From positions 2,176,001-2,240,000 of the forward strand of contig NZ_JAQNDL010000003.1 in NCBI RefSeq assembly GCF_028368995.1: a stretch of DNA of 64,000 nt. The letters run 5' to 3'. The notes beneath the pieces were generated by a model. It ran no database searches, was not told the origin of the DNA, and saw only the letters and a list, made by a program, of their open reading frames with translations. Of the stretch, positions 9,701-19,509 are shown in pieces (within the stretch, counting starts at the first letter, position 1; every line of letters starts with the position of its first letter). The position numbers and the translations under genes are program-made. Source of the stretch: Nannocystis bainbridge. GTDB taxonomy: Bacteria > Myxococcota_A > Polyangia > Nannocystales > Nannocystaceae.

Positions 9701-11074
9701 TCAGTACTCGAACAGGCAGCGCGTGATCGGCACTCCGATGTCGGCCAGCACGTACAGATAGTACCGCGAACCGTCCTTCAGCGCCGGCGGCGACCCGTCG
9801 ACCGGGAAGCTCTGGCTCGCGCCGTCCGGCAACTCCCCGTAGCGGACACCGCCACTCGGCATCGGCGCGCTGTCCCACGGCACCTCCACCCGCCAATGTG
9901 TCCCTTCGGGCAGGTCGAGATTCGGCGGCAGACCGGGGTTCGGCGCGTCGGCGGCCAGCACGTACAGGTAGCGCGCGCTGCCGCCTTCCCACGTGATCGT
10001 CCCGTCGCTCGCCGCTCCTTCGCCCGCTGCGCACGCCTGCGGCTCGAACAGGAGCTGCTGGTAGAACGGCGCCGGGGTCGGGTCCGCCTCGGCGAAATCG
10101 TCGGGTGACATCCCGCGGTGCTCGAGCTCCGCGGCGAAGAACGCCCGCATGCGCTCCGGATCGGTCGTCGGCAGCCCCGTGCTCGCGCGGTCGAAGCCGT
10201 TGTTCTCGGCCGCCGGATAGGCCCCGAGCAGCGACGAGTCGAGGAACCCGCCGGCGAACGCCAGCCCGTACGGCGTGAAAGTGTTGATCCAATTGCCGGG
10301 CGCCTCGATGTCCCAGATCGCCGCCCCGTCGGGCGTGATGCTCGTCTGATGGCAGCACACGCACGCGCACGCCGACACCTGCTCCGTCACCCACGCCAGC
10401 TCCTCGGCGTAGGCCGTGTCGCCCAGGCGCGGATCGTCGACCTGCGGCTCCGGCGTCATCTGGGCCGAGTACGGCCGCTGCGTCCGCACCATGTCGCACG
10501 ACGCGTACTCCGCGAAGTCGCGCCCCGGCTCGGTGCAGCCCGAGATCATCGACCACGTGCAGACATCGCCGCCCTCGCCCGCACCGGCCGGCTCGCCCTC
10601 GAGCGGCTGCTTGCACTCGAGCACCGGCCACTGGAACACGTTGCCCTCGACCGGGTCAGGCAGGTCCTCGCCGCCGCACACCGGCCCGGGCACGAAGATC
10701 CCGCCGCCGAAGAGCTCACAACCCCGCTCCTGCTGCCGACAATCGCCGTTGTCCGCCCCGGGCACGACCACGCGGATCACCCGCTCCGGATCGCCGAGGA
10801 TGCACGCGCCGAGGATGTCCTCATATTCGCAGGCCCCGCCCTCGAGCTCCGCGCCCCAATCACGGCAGTCCGCGCTCGCCCCCGCCTCGTCCCAGCGGTC
10901 GCCGCGGTATTCGCGGCACTCGGTCCGCTTGGAGAACCGATTTTTATAGGTGCAGTGCCCCAGCACCGTCTCCGGAATCAGCGGGTCCCCGCTCCGATTG
11001 CAGCCCCCGGCCACCAGCGTGAGCGGCGCAAAAACGAGCAACTGCAGGGACCAGGTCGAGCGGAGCGGCAGCAT
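9701..11074 (-). CDS. Cysteine-rich lipoprotein of unknown function with a CxxCH-like motif
   Basis: Lipobox AGGC; many Cys; CACVCCHQ; GC-biased codons. Confidence 0.75.
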   Translation of the reverse strand: MLPLRSTWSLQLLVFAPLTLVAGGCNRSGDPLIPETVLGHCTYKNRFSKRTECREYRGDRWDEAGASADCRDWGAELEGGACEYEDILGACILGDPERVIRVVVPGADNGDCRQQERGCELFGGGIFVPGPVCGGEDLPDPVEGNVFQWPVLECKQPLEGEPAGAGEGGDVCTWSMISGCTEPGRDFAEYASCDMVRTQRPYSAQMTPEPQVDDPRLGDTAYAEELAWVTEQVSACACVCCHQTSITPDGAAIWDIEAPGNWINTFTPYGLAFAGGFLDSSLLGAYPAAENNGFDRASTGLPTTDPERMRAFFAAELEHRGMSPDDFAEADPTPAPFYQQLLFEPQACAAGEGAASDGTITWEGGSARYLYVLAADAPNPGLPPNLDLPEGTHWRVEVPWDSAPMPSGGVRYGELPDGASQSFPVDGSPPALKDGSRYYLYVLADIGVPITRCLFEY

Positions 11075-11413
11075 GGTGCTCGAGTGTGATAAAGGTTTGT
11101 TCAGGAGTCAAGGCGCGTTCAGGACGTTTGATAGGTAAAAATGATACGAATTCTAGCCGCTTTTGCGCACTATCGAGCAGGCGCGTACAAAGCATGAACA
11201 ACCCGCCTGCAAGCGCCTCAGGCTTCCATGATCCAGTTCCTCCCGCCCCGCCACCCCCGTCGTTTCTATTGTCGAGTCGGCCGTGCTTCGAGCCGGGCCT
11301 CGCGCGATCGTGCCACCGGATTCATGTCTCTTCGGACAGGCCATCGACGAGTCGCTCGACGGCCTCGACCAGGGATCTCGCGAATCACACCATCGCCGCA
11401 CCCTCGTGGCGAA

Positions 11414-12178
11414 TCACTCCACCAGCGTGCGCACCACCGCTCGCTGCTTCACCTCGCACGTGAACGTCTCCACCACCGTGCTCCCCCGCAGCGCGCCGCT
11501 CCCGGGCGTCGACCACCAGTCAGCCTCCGCCAGCCAGGCGAGCACCGCCGGCCTCTCGCTCTCCGGCAGCGCGGCCGCGGCTTCGCCGGCGCAACTGCTG
11601 AACCCCTTGGCCCAGCCGCGGTGGATCGTACAAAGGTTGCACCAATGGGCCCACAGCCGCGGGCTCTCGCGCAGGCCCTGCAGCAGCGCGCGAATCGTGG
11701 CACTGGACACCGTCGACGTCCCCTCCACGGTCGGCGTCGTGATGCGCACCGTGCCGCCGGCAGCGAGCCCGCGGCGCGCCAGCAGACCGCTGGCGGGCGC
11801 CCCCGCCGGCGGCTTGTGATTGCGCGGGTTCTCGCCGAGCGCCGTCCCGATCTGCTGGACGTACGCCATCCCCAGGGGCCGCGCTGGCAGATACCCGGGC
11901 CCCTCCGCTGCCGCCGCGACGGCCGTCTGCGCCGTCCCCGACAGCGCGGGCGACACCTCGCGGAACAGCGCGCGCAACTCGGCGTCGCGGCCCCGTTGCA
12001 GGCTTGCGAGGTCCAGCCCCACGCGAAACTCGAGCGCGCTCCGAGCCTCGGCGTCGAGCCGCGCCGGGTCGCGTGCCAGGCGAGCGGCGACCAACTCGGA
12101 GATCACCGAGCCCGCCCCGGTCACCGCCCAGATCCACACCCCATACTCGCGCGCCGGCAGGGCCTCGTGCTCGATCAC
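11414..12178 (-). CDS. Hypothetical protein
   Basis: 254-aa ORF co-oriented downstream of the aroC operon; no recognisable motif. Confidence 0.55.
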   Translation of the reverse strand: MIEHEALPAREYGVWIWAVTGAGSVISELVAARLARDPARLDAEARSALEFRVGLDLASLQRGRDAELRALFREVSPALSGTAQTAVAAAAEGPGYLPARPLGMAYVQQIGTALGENPRNHKPPAGAPASGLLARRGLAAGGTVRITTPTVEGTSTVSSATIRALLQGLRESPRLWAHWCNLCTIHRGWAKGFSSCAGEAAAALPESERPAVLAWLAEADWWSTPGSGALRGSTVVETFTCEVKQRAVVRTLVE

Positions 12179-12226
12179 CCCATCCGAATACCACGACTCA
12201 CCGGCAGCTCGTACCGATGCGCGCGC

Positions 12227-12913
12227 CTAACCCATGAAGCGCAGCGGATCGTCGGGCCGCTCCGCCTGGCTGCGCAGCGCCCCCTTGCGCTGCGAAGCGA
12301 TCGCTGCCCGCGTGCGGTCGACCAGGCTCGCCGGCACCCGGATCTTCGAGAGCTTGCCGGTCAGCACCACCCCGCCGGTCAGCAGATCGCGACGGACCCG
12401 CTGCACCGCCGAGAATTGCAGCCGCTGCGGCTCTCCGCGGCGCGGCACCTCGAGCACCGCCGTATCGGTGACCAGGATCGCCCGCTGGCTGAATTGCTCG
12501 CGCACCAGCCACAGCAGCATCGGCGACAGCAGCACCGCGATCGGCCGCCACAGATCGGCGAACGGTTGGTCCCAGAACTCCGGCGCCAGCAGGCTCGCCA
12601 CCAGCAGCACCGCCGCGCTGATGCCCCCGATCCACGCCAGCGGCCGCAGGTCGAAGCCTGCCTTCGCGTCCCACCACACCAGCGCCTCGCCGAGCCGCAG
12701 GTGCCGCGCGATCTCCAGCGGCGCCGTCCCCGGCGACGGCGGGGCCCCGGGCGCCAGCACACGTGGCCCTCCGGGCATGTCCATATAGACAGGTTCTTGC
12801 ACCGCCTCGGGCGGCAGATCGTACACCAGCGGCCCCGGCGGCAGCGCCGGCCGCTCGCCCCCGGAGACCACCCGGAACGCCCGTCGGCGCGCCTCGGGGG
12901 ACTCGTCCGTCAT
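12227..12913 (-). CDS. Membrane protein, two TM helices plus possible bacterial PH-like domain
   Basis: ATG overlaps the aroC stop (ATGA 12910-12913); two hydrophobic helices then ILVTDTAVL. Confidence 0.65.
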   Translation of the reverse strand: MTDESPEARRRAFRVVSGGERPALPPGPLVYDLPPEAVQEPVYMDMPGGPRVLAPGAPPSPGTAPLEIARHLRLGEALVWWDAKAGFDLRPLAWIGGISAAVLLVASLLAPEFWDQPFADLWRPIAVLLSPMLLWLVREQFSQRAILVTDTAVLEVPRRGEPQRLQFSAVQRVRRDLLTGGVVLTGKLSKIRVPASLVDRTRAAIASQRKGALRSQAERPDDPLRFMG

Positions 12914-14019
12914 CGCCGCAGCCCGTCCATCGTCGCCAGGCGGGCCCGCAGCATGTGGTCGCACAGGACCAGCGCGGCCATCGCCTCGACCATCGGCACC
13001 GCCCGCGGCAGCACGCACGGGTCATGGCGCCCGCGGGCCTGGAACGTCACCGCCTCGCCGGCGCGATTGACCGTCTGCTGCGGCTGGAAGATCGTCGCCA
13101 CCGGCTTGAACGCGACCGCCAGGCGGATCGCCTCGCCGTTGCTGATCCCGCCCTGGATCCCGCCTGAATGATTGGTGACCGTCCGGACCTGCCCGCGCTC
13201 GTCCTTGACGAATGGGTCGTTGTGCTGCGACCCGCGCAGCCTGGTCGACGCGAACCCGTCGCCGACCTCGAAGCCGCGGCTGGCCGGCAGGCTCATCATC
13301 GCCTTTGCCAGGTCCGCCGTCAGCTTGTCGAACACCGGCGCGCCCCAGCCCGCCGGCACCCCGCGCACCACGCAGCGGACCACCCCGCCGACCGTGTCGC
13401 CCTGCTTGCGCGCCGCCTCGATCACCGCCGTCATGTCCTCTGCGACATGTCCCTCGGGACAGCGAACCGCGCTGGCGTCGACCTGCGCGCGCGTCAACGT
13501 CGCCTCGTCGACCGCGGGCAGCACCACGTCGCCGACGGCCGCCACCCACGCCACGATCTCGATCCCGTGCAGCGCCGCCAGCAGGTCCTCCGCCAGCGTC
13601 CCCGCCGCCACCCGGCCGACCGTCTCGCGCGCCGACGCCCGCCCGCCGCCGGCCACCGCCCGCAGCCCGTAGCGCGCGTCGTACGTGTAATCCGCGTGCG
13701 ACGGCCGGTACAGCGCCGCCAGGTCGTCGTAGTGGTGGCTGCGCGCGTCGCTGTTGCCGACCATCATCATGATCGGCGTGCCGAGCGTCAGCCCCGTCTC
13801 CGGCTCGAGCCCGCTGTACACCTGGACCGCGTCGGCCTCCTGGCGCGCCGAGGTCAGCTTGCCCTGGCCCGGCCGCCGGCGCGCCATCTGCTCGGCGATC
13901 CGCGCGTGCGGGAACGGATGCCCCGCCGGACAGCCGTCGACGACCACCCCGAGCCCCCCGCCGTGTGACTCGCCGAAGGTCGTGACCCGAAAGACATGTC
14001 CGAAGGTGTTGCCGCTCAT
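12910..14019 (-). CDS. aroC: Chorismate synthase
   Basis: NTFGHVFRVTTFGESHG, RPSHAD, GGGRASARET, NHSGGIQGGISNG, GRHDPCV. Confidence 0.98.
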   Translation of the reverse strand: MSGNTFGHVFRVTTFGESHGGGLGVVVDGCPAGHPFPHARIAEQMARRRPGQGKLTSARQEADAVQVYSGLEPETGLTLGTPIMMMVGNSDARSHHYDDLAALYRPSHADYTYDARYGLRAVAGGGRASARETVGRVAAGTLAEDLLAALHGIEIVAWVAAVGDVVLPAVDEATLTRAQVDASAVRCPEGHVAEDMTAVIEAARKQGDTVGGVVRCVVRGVPAGWGAPVFDKLTADLAKAMMSLPASRGFEVGDGFASTRLRGSQHNDPFVKDERGQVRTVTNHSGGIQGGISNGEAIRLAVAFKPVATIFQPQQTVNRAGEAVTFQARGRHDPCVLPRAVPMVEAMAALVLCDHMLRARLATMDGLRR

Positions 14020-14055
14020 GGTGTCCCCAAGAACATGTCCTTCACGCCAGGAAAC

Positions 14056-14913
14056 TCAGACCAGGAACTCTTGCACGAGCGCGCGCCAGCGCTCGGCCGC
14101 CTCGATGGCGACGGTGTGACCGACCTCGGGCAGCACCACCGCGCGGGCCGGCCCCGCGAACGCCCCTGCCAGCGCCTCCAGCTCGCCCGCGGGCGCCAGG
14201 CGGTCGAGCGCCCCCGCCAGCAGCAGCGTCGGCGCCTGGACCCGCGGCGCCAGCTGCAGCGGCGTCCACGGCGAGTCCGGGGTGTCGTTCAACGTCTGTG
14301 CGAACAGGGCGGAGATCCCCGCGTACGTGTTGCGCTGGACCGTCGCCCTGACGAACGCCTCCAGCACCGCCTCGTTGGCCTCGAGGTAACGCGGCCCGAG
14401 CGTATCGCCCAGGCTCACCCACGCCAGCGCCTCGAGGTCGCCGGTGCGCAGCGACTCCTGCCACGCGCGGACGATGACGCGTCCGAGCACCCCCCGCCCC
14501 GCGCTCACGCCCGACAGCACCAGCCGCCGCACCCGCTCGGGCCGCTCCGCCGCGATCGTCAGCGCCACCCGCCCGCCGAACGAGAACCCGCACAGGTCGA
14601 CCGGCTCCGTCACCCCGAGCGCGTCCAGCAGCCGCTCGAAATCACCGACGTGCACCGGCGGCGACACATCGGCCACGTCGAGCCGCGTCTGCCCCTGCCC
14701 GCGCGCCTCGTACACGATCACCGGCCGCTGCCCCGACAGCGGCCGCACCTGCCCGCCCCAGCTCGACAGCGTCTGCGTCATCCCGCCGAGGATCACCAGC
14801 GGCGGAGCCGCCCCGTCCTCCGGCCCCGCGCGCCGATCGACCCGGACCTGACCGACCAGGCCTGCACCGGCCACGGGATCGAGGATGTCGACGAACTCCG
14901 GCACGCGCGCCAC
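14056..14913 (-). CDS. Alpha/beta fold hydrolase
   Basis: YEARGQG, GFSFGG nucleophile motif, GALD, GH; GTG start at 14913 or 14904. Confidence 0.85.
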   Translation of the reverse strand: MARVPEFVDILDPVAGAGLVGQVRVDRRAGPEDGAAPPLVILGGMTQTLSSWGGQVRPLSGQRPVIVYEARGQGQTRLDVADVSPPVHVGDFERLLDALGVTEPVDLCGFSFGGRVALTIAAERPERVRRLVLSGVSAGRGVLGRVIVRAWQESLRTGDLEALAWVSLGDTLGPRYLEANEAVLEAFVRATVQRNTYAGISALFAQTLNDTPDSPWTPLQLAPRVQAPTLLLAGALDRLAPAGELEALAGAFAGPARAVVLPEVGHTVAIEAAERWRALVQEFLV

Positions 14914-15021
14914 GAGCCTAAGGCCCCGCGCCGGGGGATTCAACCCACCCGCACCCGCGCGCGCGCACGGCCGCACCCGCCCCCGCTTGCACGCGCCGCG
15001 CGCCCCGCGTATCCCCACGCC

Positions 15022-15255
15022 GTGCCCGCCCCCGACGCCGACATCACCAGGCTCGAACAGCGAATCACCGAGCTCGAGGTCAAGCTCGCCTTCCAGGAGC
15101 GCACCATCGACGACCTCGACGCCGTCCTCCGCCGCTTCACCGCCACCGTCGAGGGCATGCAGCGCGAGCTGTCCCGCCTCCGCGGCGACCTCGCGGACGA
15201 CTCCCCCCCGAGCACCGCCGACGTGCTCGCCGCCCTCGACGACGAGACCGAGTGA
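15022..15255 (+). CDS. slyX: SlyX family protein
   Basis: LEQRITELEVKLAFQERTIDDLDAVL coiled-coil signature. Confidence 0.85.
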   Translation: MPAPDADITRLEQRITELEVKLAFQERTIDDLDAVLRRFTATVEGMQRELSRLRGDLADDSPPSTADVLAALDDETE

Positions 15256-15480
15256 TTCTCACCAGCCGCCCGCGAGTGATTCTCACCCGCCGCCCGCGAG
15301 TCCGTCCCGTCACCCCTCCGCGAGTGATTCTCACCGCTCGCGAGCGTTTCTCGCCCGCCGCCCGCGAGTCCGCCTCGTCCCCCCTCCGCGAGTGAGTCTC
15401 ACCGCTCGCGAGCGATTCCCGCCCGCCGCCCACGAGTCCGTCTCGTTCCCCTCCGCGAGTGAGTCTCGCCCGCGAGCTCG
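15250..15480. repeat. Hierarchical tandem repeat (20-24-bp GCGAG-led subunits grouped into about 67-bp units)
   Basis: Alternating GAGTGA(T/G)TCTCACC, GAGCG..TC.CGCCCGCCGCCC and GAGTCCG.C.CGT..CCCTCCGC subunits. Confidence 0.75.
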
Positions 15481-15509
15481 AGCCGCCCGACCCGCTACAC
15501 TCGCAAACA

Positions 15510-16250
15510 GTGTACCGCGAGCACCCAGCCCCGCCCGAGCTCGCGGACCTCGTCGACGCCTTCTGGACCCGCACCGTCGACGCCCCCCAGCACGACCGCA
15601 GCTACCGCGTCCTCCCTGACGGCTGCATCGACGTGATCGTGCACCTCGTCGGCGCCCCGCGGATCGAGGTCGTCGGCACCATGACGCGCGCCCTCCTCGT
15701 CCCCGACACCGCCTCCGACATCGTCGCCGTCCGCTTCCGCCCCGGGGCCGCGCGCGCCTTCTTCACCGTGCCTGCCGACGCCCTCACCGACGCCCGCGTC
15801 CCCGTCGATGCGCTCGGCTGGCCTGCCGCCGCGCTCCTCGACGTCCTCGCCACCCTGCCCGACGCCCGCGCCCGCGTCCACCACCTCGCCCGCGTGCTGC
15901 TCGCGCATCGCCGCCACCCCCTCGACCCGCTCGTCGCCCGCGCCACCCGGGCCCTCGCCCAGACGCGACCTCCCAGCATCGCCGAGCTCGCCGACACTCT
16001 CGGCATCACCCGCCAGTCGCTCGCTCGCCGTGTGCGCCAGGCCGTCGGCGTCGGCCCCAAAGAGCTCGCCCGCGTCTTGCGCCTGCAACGAGCCGCCCTG
16101 GCCCTGCGCGCCGCCCCGCGCGACCACGCCGCCCTCGCCTGCGAGCTCGGCTACCACGACCAGGCCCACTTCATCCACGAGATGCGCGCCCTCGGCGGCC
16201 TCACCCCCGGCGCCTACGCCCGCACCCTGGCGCCGACCGACCCCTCGTGA
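15510..16250 (+). CDS. AraC family transcriptional regulator
   Basis: YREHPAPPELADLVDAFW, RVLPDGCIDVI, C-terminal HTH GYHDQAHFIHEMRALGGLTP. Confidence 0.9.
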   Translation: MYREHPAPPELADLVDAFWTRTVDAPQHDRSYRVLPDGCIDVIVHLVGAPRIEVVGTMTRALLVPDTASDIVAVRFRPGAARAFFTVPADALTDARVPVDALGWPAAALLDVLATLPDARARVHHLARVLLAHRRHPLDPLVARATRALAQTRPPSIAELADTLGITRQSLARRVRQAVGVGPKELARVLRLQRAALALRAAPRDHAALACELGYHDQAHFIHEMRALGGLTPGAYARTLAPTDPS

Positions 16251-16257
16251 CCCCGCC

Positions 16258-16318
16258 ATCACCTGTCCCCTCGGACAGCTCACTCGCGTCGCCCCATCAC
16301 CTGTCCCCTCGGACAGCC
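16258..16318. repeat. Direct repeat with two perfect TGTCC-N4-GGACA palindromes
   Basis: ATCACCTGTCCCCTCGGACAGC twice; palindromes at 16264-16277 and 16302-16315. Confidence 0.8.
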
Positions 16319-16443
16319 TACTCGCGCCGCCGTCACCCCGCCACCCCGTTCTCCAGGCCCCCCGGACAGCCCTCTCCCGCGGCCGCACGCCCCGCGCACC
16401 ATTTTTACAATCCCCGCCGCGCCCCCTGTGGCATCCCTCGGCC

Positions 16444-16824
16444 GTGCAGATCCATCGCATCACCCCCGTCCTCGTGGTCGAGTCCGTCGAGCAGTGCCTG
16501 CCCTTCTGGACCGACCGCCTCGGCTTCGAGAAGACCGCCGAGGTCCCCCACGAAGGTCGGCTCGGCTTCGTCATCCTCACCGCCGGCCGCACCGAGGTCA
16601 TGCTGCAGAGCATCGCCTCGGTGCGCGACGACTTCGCCGGCAACGACGAAGGCCCGCACCGCGCCTCCCTCTTCATCGAGGTCGACGACCTCCCCGCCCT
16701 CCAGCGCGCCCTCGGCGACTGGCCCCGCCTCGTCGACCAACGCGACACTTTTTACGGCACCCGCGAGACCATCGTCCGCGACCCCGCCGGCAACGACCTC
16801 GTGTTCGCCCAGAAGCTCGCCTGA
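16444..16824 (+). CDS. VOC/glyoxalase family protein
   Basis: ITPVLVVESVEQCLPFWTDRLGF, SLFIEVDD, FYGTRETIVRDPAGN. Confidence 0.9.
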   Translation: MQIHRITPVLVVESVEQCLPFWTDRLGFEKTAEVPHEGRLGFVILTAGRTEVMLQSIASVRDDFAGNDEGPHRASLFIEVDDLPALQRALGDWPRLVDQRDTFYGTRETIVRDPAGNDLVFAQKLA

Positions 16825-16951
16825 GCCTCGCCGCACCTCGAAGTGCCAGCATTCACCCGCAGACCGCCCCACATTGCGGGCAGGCGGTCTCCGGGCTCTG
16901 CCGCATCTCGGTCCTCCGCAGCGCGACCCCATCACCCGCTCACTCCCGCAA

Positions 16952-17119
16952 CGCAATCGTCTCCGCGAGCAGCACCTGACAGCGGACGCCCACCAGCCTC
17001 ATGTGTGCCTCCGAGGCGTGCCCCCGCGCGCCGCGCGATCCCTGCTCCGCAATCGCCTCTGCAGCGCCACCCTCGCAGCGGACGCCCGCCAGCCCCGCTC
17101 GCCTCCGACGCGTGCCCCG
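16952..17119. repeat. Two degenerate about 70-bp direct repeats between convergent genes
   Basis: CGCAATCG.CTC...CAGCGGACGCCC.CCAGCC...GCCTCCGA.GCGTGCCCC at about 16952 and 17048. Confidence 0.5.
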
Positions 17120-17130
17120 CGATCACCGGC

Positions 17131-17958
17131 TCACGCGCGCAACGCGAACGCGATCCCGTCCGCCAGCGTCGCCAGCGTTGCGATCCCGCTCAGGTCCACG
17201 CCGAGCGTCACAAGCGTCTGCGCCACCTCCGGGCTGATGCCCGTCAGCACCACGCGCGCCCCCACCAGTCGCGTCGCACCGGCCGCCTGGACCAGCGCGC
17301 GCGCCACCTCCGTATCCATCACGCGGATGCCCGTGATGTCGAGGATCGCCGTGTGCGCTCGATGTTCGCCGATCCCGTGCAGCAGATTGTCGACGATCTG
17401 ACTCGCCCGCTCCGCATCGATCGCCCCCACCAGCGGCACCGCCAGCACCCCCGCCGCGATTGGCAGCAGCGGCGTCGAGAGCTCGCGCAGCGCCTCGCGC
17501 TGGGCCGCGATCATGCGCTGCTGCTCCAGCTCTTGCAGCTTGCGGTCGGTGATGTCGGTCATGAACCCCCCGATCCCGATCACCTTCCCTGACTCGTCGT
17601 ACACCGGCAGTTTCACCGCCGAGAAGTGCCTACGCCCCTTCGGCGTCACCACCTCTTCCTCGTAAGCCAGCGGCACCCCGCTCTCCATCACCTTCAGCTC
17701 GTCCGCGCGGACCTGCTCCACGAACTCGGGCGGCATGATCACCTCGTCCCCGCGCCCGTACATGTCCGCCAGCGTCTTCCCGCTGTCGCGCGCGAACGTG
17801 TGATTGATGAATTGGTAGCGGAACTCCGTGTCCTTGAGAAACACGAGGCTGGGCACGCTGTTGACCAGCGCCAGCACCCGCTCGAGCGTCGCCTGCGGAT
17901 CGGGCTCGCGGAGCCCCTCTTCTCCCGCGCGCGTCCCCTCGTCCGATCGGTCAGCCAT
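17131..17958 (-). CDS. PAS domain plus STAS (RsbR-like) protein
   Basis: PAS/PAC (VFLKDTEFRYQFIN...DITDRK) followed by LRELSTPLLPI...ILDITGI...LTGISPEVAQTLV. Confidence 0.92.
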   Translation of the reverse strand: MADRSDEGTRAGEEGLREPDPQATLERVLALVNSVPSLVFLKDTEFRYQFINHTFARDSGKTLADMYGRGDEVIMPPEFVEQVRADELKVMESGVPLAYEEEVVTPKGRRHFSAVKLPVYDESGKVIGIGGFMTDITDRKLQELEQQRMIAAQREALRELSTPLLPIAAGVLAVPLVGAIDAERASQIVDNLLHGIGEHRAHTAILDITGIRVMDTEVARALVQAAGATRLVGARVVLTGISPEVAQTLVTLGVDLSGIATLATLADGIAFALRA

Positions 17959-18683
17959 GACACCCCTCCCGGGCCCTCAGTCCTACGCCAGCGACCGCGA
18001 CGGAGCAAGCGCGCCAAGAGCGACCTCCCGCTCACGCGCCGACCGCCGACAAGAACACCGCTCCGCTTCAGCAGCCCCCCGAGGCGCAATCACCGTAACC
18101 GCGCGAACCCGCGCCGCTACCATCAATCCACATGTCGCCGATGACATGGCCGCGTTCCCCGCAACCTGCAATCGAGGTCGCCACGATTCACGGCCATTGA
18201 CCTGAGAAGCGACGCACGCGCCCGCTCCGCACCGCACATTGCTGTAGCCGGGCCACCATCACCCGAGTCGCGATGCACGCGTCGCTTCCCCGCTCGAAGC
18301 GGGCAACCGAGCTCATCGATAACCCACTCGCCAGTCGCTTCATGGAAGGCACACCGGAATAGCGACAGCTACCCGGGACACGAGAACCCGGTCGCCAGCG
18401 CCGCAGACAACTCGAGCTCGTAACCCTCGCGAGTCATACTCGCCCTCGACCCCACGGCGCCCATCGGCGATGCCCCCAACCCGCATCGGGGGCACGGCCG
18501 TCGCTCACATGGGCGTTTCGAGCTCGCTGCGCGCCCTGCCGCGCCGACGCGATGATTCGCATTGGTGCGCCCCCCGACCCGTCTGATGCATCTCCGTCCC
18601 TACCCCATGCCGCCGTTCATCTCCCGTCCGACGATGAACGACCCGCCTGCCCCTCTTATTCCCGGCCTTCGACGCCTCGGACG

Positions 18684-19025
18684 TCACGGCACGTCGTGCT
18701 CGTACCCGAAGAAGTAGTGCCGCCCGCTGTTGAACGGCGTCTCGAGCACCATCGCTTCCAGCGGCCCGAACGCGATGCCGTTGGGGTACGTGACATGGCT
18801 GAAAAAGACCCCCGGTTCGAACACACGATTGAACGCGACCCGATCTGGCCCACGGCGGAGCCGCCCCGTGACCACCTGGCTGCCCTCGTTGACGAGCGTC
18901 CACGCCGTCAGCACGAATATCTTGCCCGCGGGAACCTCGTACACGGTCTGAATCGGTGTGGCTCCTGACTCGAAATAGATGTTTCGCAGCTCACCGGCGG
19001 TGACACAGCAATTCTCTGAAGGCAT
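18684..19025 (-). CDS. Hypothetical beta-rich protein (113 aa), divergent from the Tc toxin operon
   Basis: Strong RBS AAAGGAG upstream of ATG 19025; TVYEVPAGKIFVLT. Confidence 0.65.
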   Translation of the reverse strand: MPSENCCVTAGELRNIYFESGATPIQTVYEVPAGKIFVLTAWTLVNEGSQVVTGRLRRGPDRVAFNRVFEPGVFFSHVTYPNGIAFGPLEAMVLETPFNSGRHYFFGYEHDVP

Positions 19026-19509
19026 CGCGTCTCCTTTCATCCATCGGCTCGATGCGCGACCATCTGCGCTCGACACGCCGTGACCTTAACATGCCGCCAC
19101 TCCCCACGCAATGCTTGTATCCGTCCACCACCACGCGCCCACCACGTTGTCTGAAGTTTGGCGACATAGCCCACCCAACTACGATTGGGGCCATCCATTT
19201 CTCTCTTCGTGGCCTCTATCGAGACCTGGTCCCATTCGTGCAACTCGCGCACTCCCTCGATCGGAGCCCTGAATGCTTCAGCAGCACCCGAGATTGCCCG
19301 ACGGTCCACGCAACGCCCTCTAGAGTGGTTCTCTTCCGCCGCCGGCCGCTCTCGCACCAGCGACTCATCGCGCATCTCGGGCGAATTCAGACCTTGCCGA
19401 CGGCTCGATCGAGATGCTATAGCCGTGCATCGACGAAAACGGGGTTCCTGCGGGGAGCCCGCGGTTAGGTGTACTGACCCTCTGAATGGGTCTGAAGGAT
19501 GTATTGCGT

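Noticed and set aside
11228-13171. 647-aa plus-strand ORF
   Set aside because: Arg/Pro-rich shadow overlapping aroC and its coupled downstream genes.
15250-15480. Possible CRISPR or iteron array
   Set aside because: No unique spacers and no rep or cas gene nearby; it is a minisatellite.
17960-18680. tRNA/att site or ncRNA at the left island border (hairpin near 18470-18496)
   Set aside because: No cloverleaf, integrase or matching direct repeat at the right border could be identified; the short ORFs here are unconvincing.
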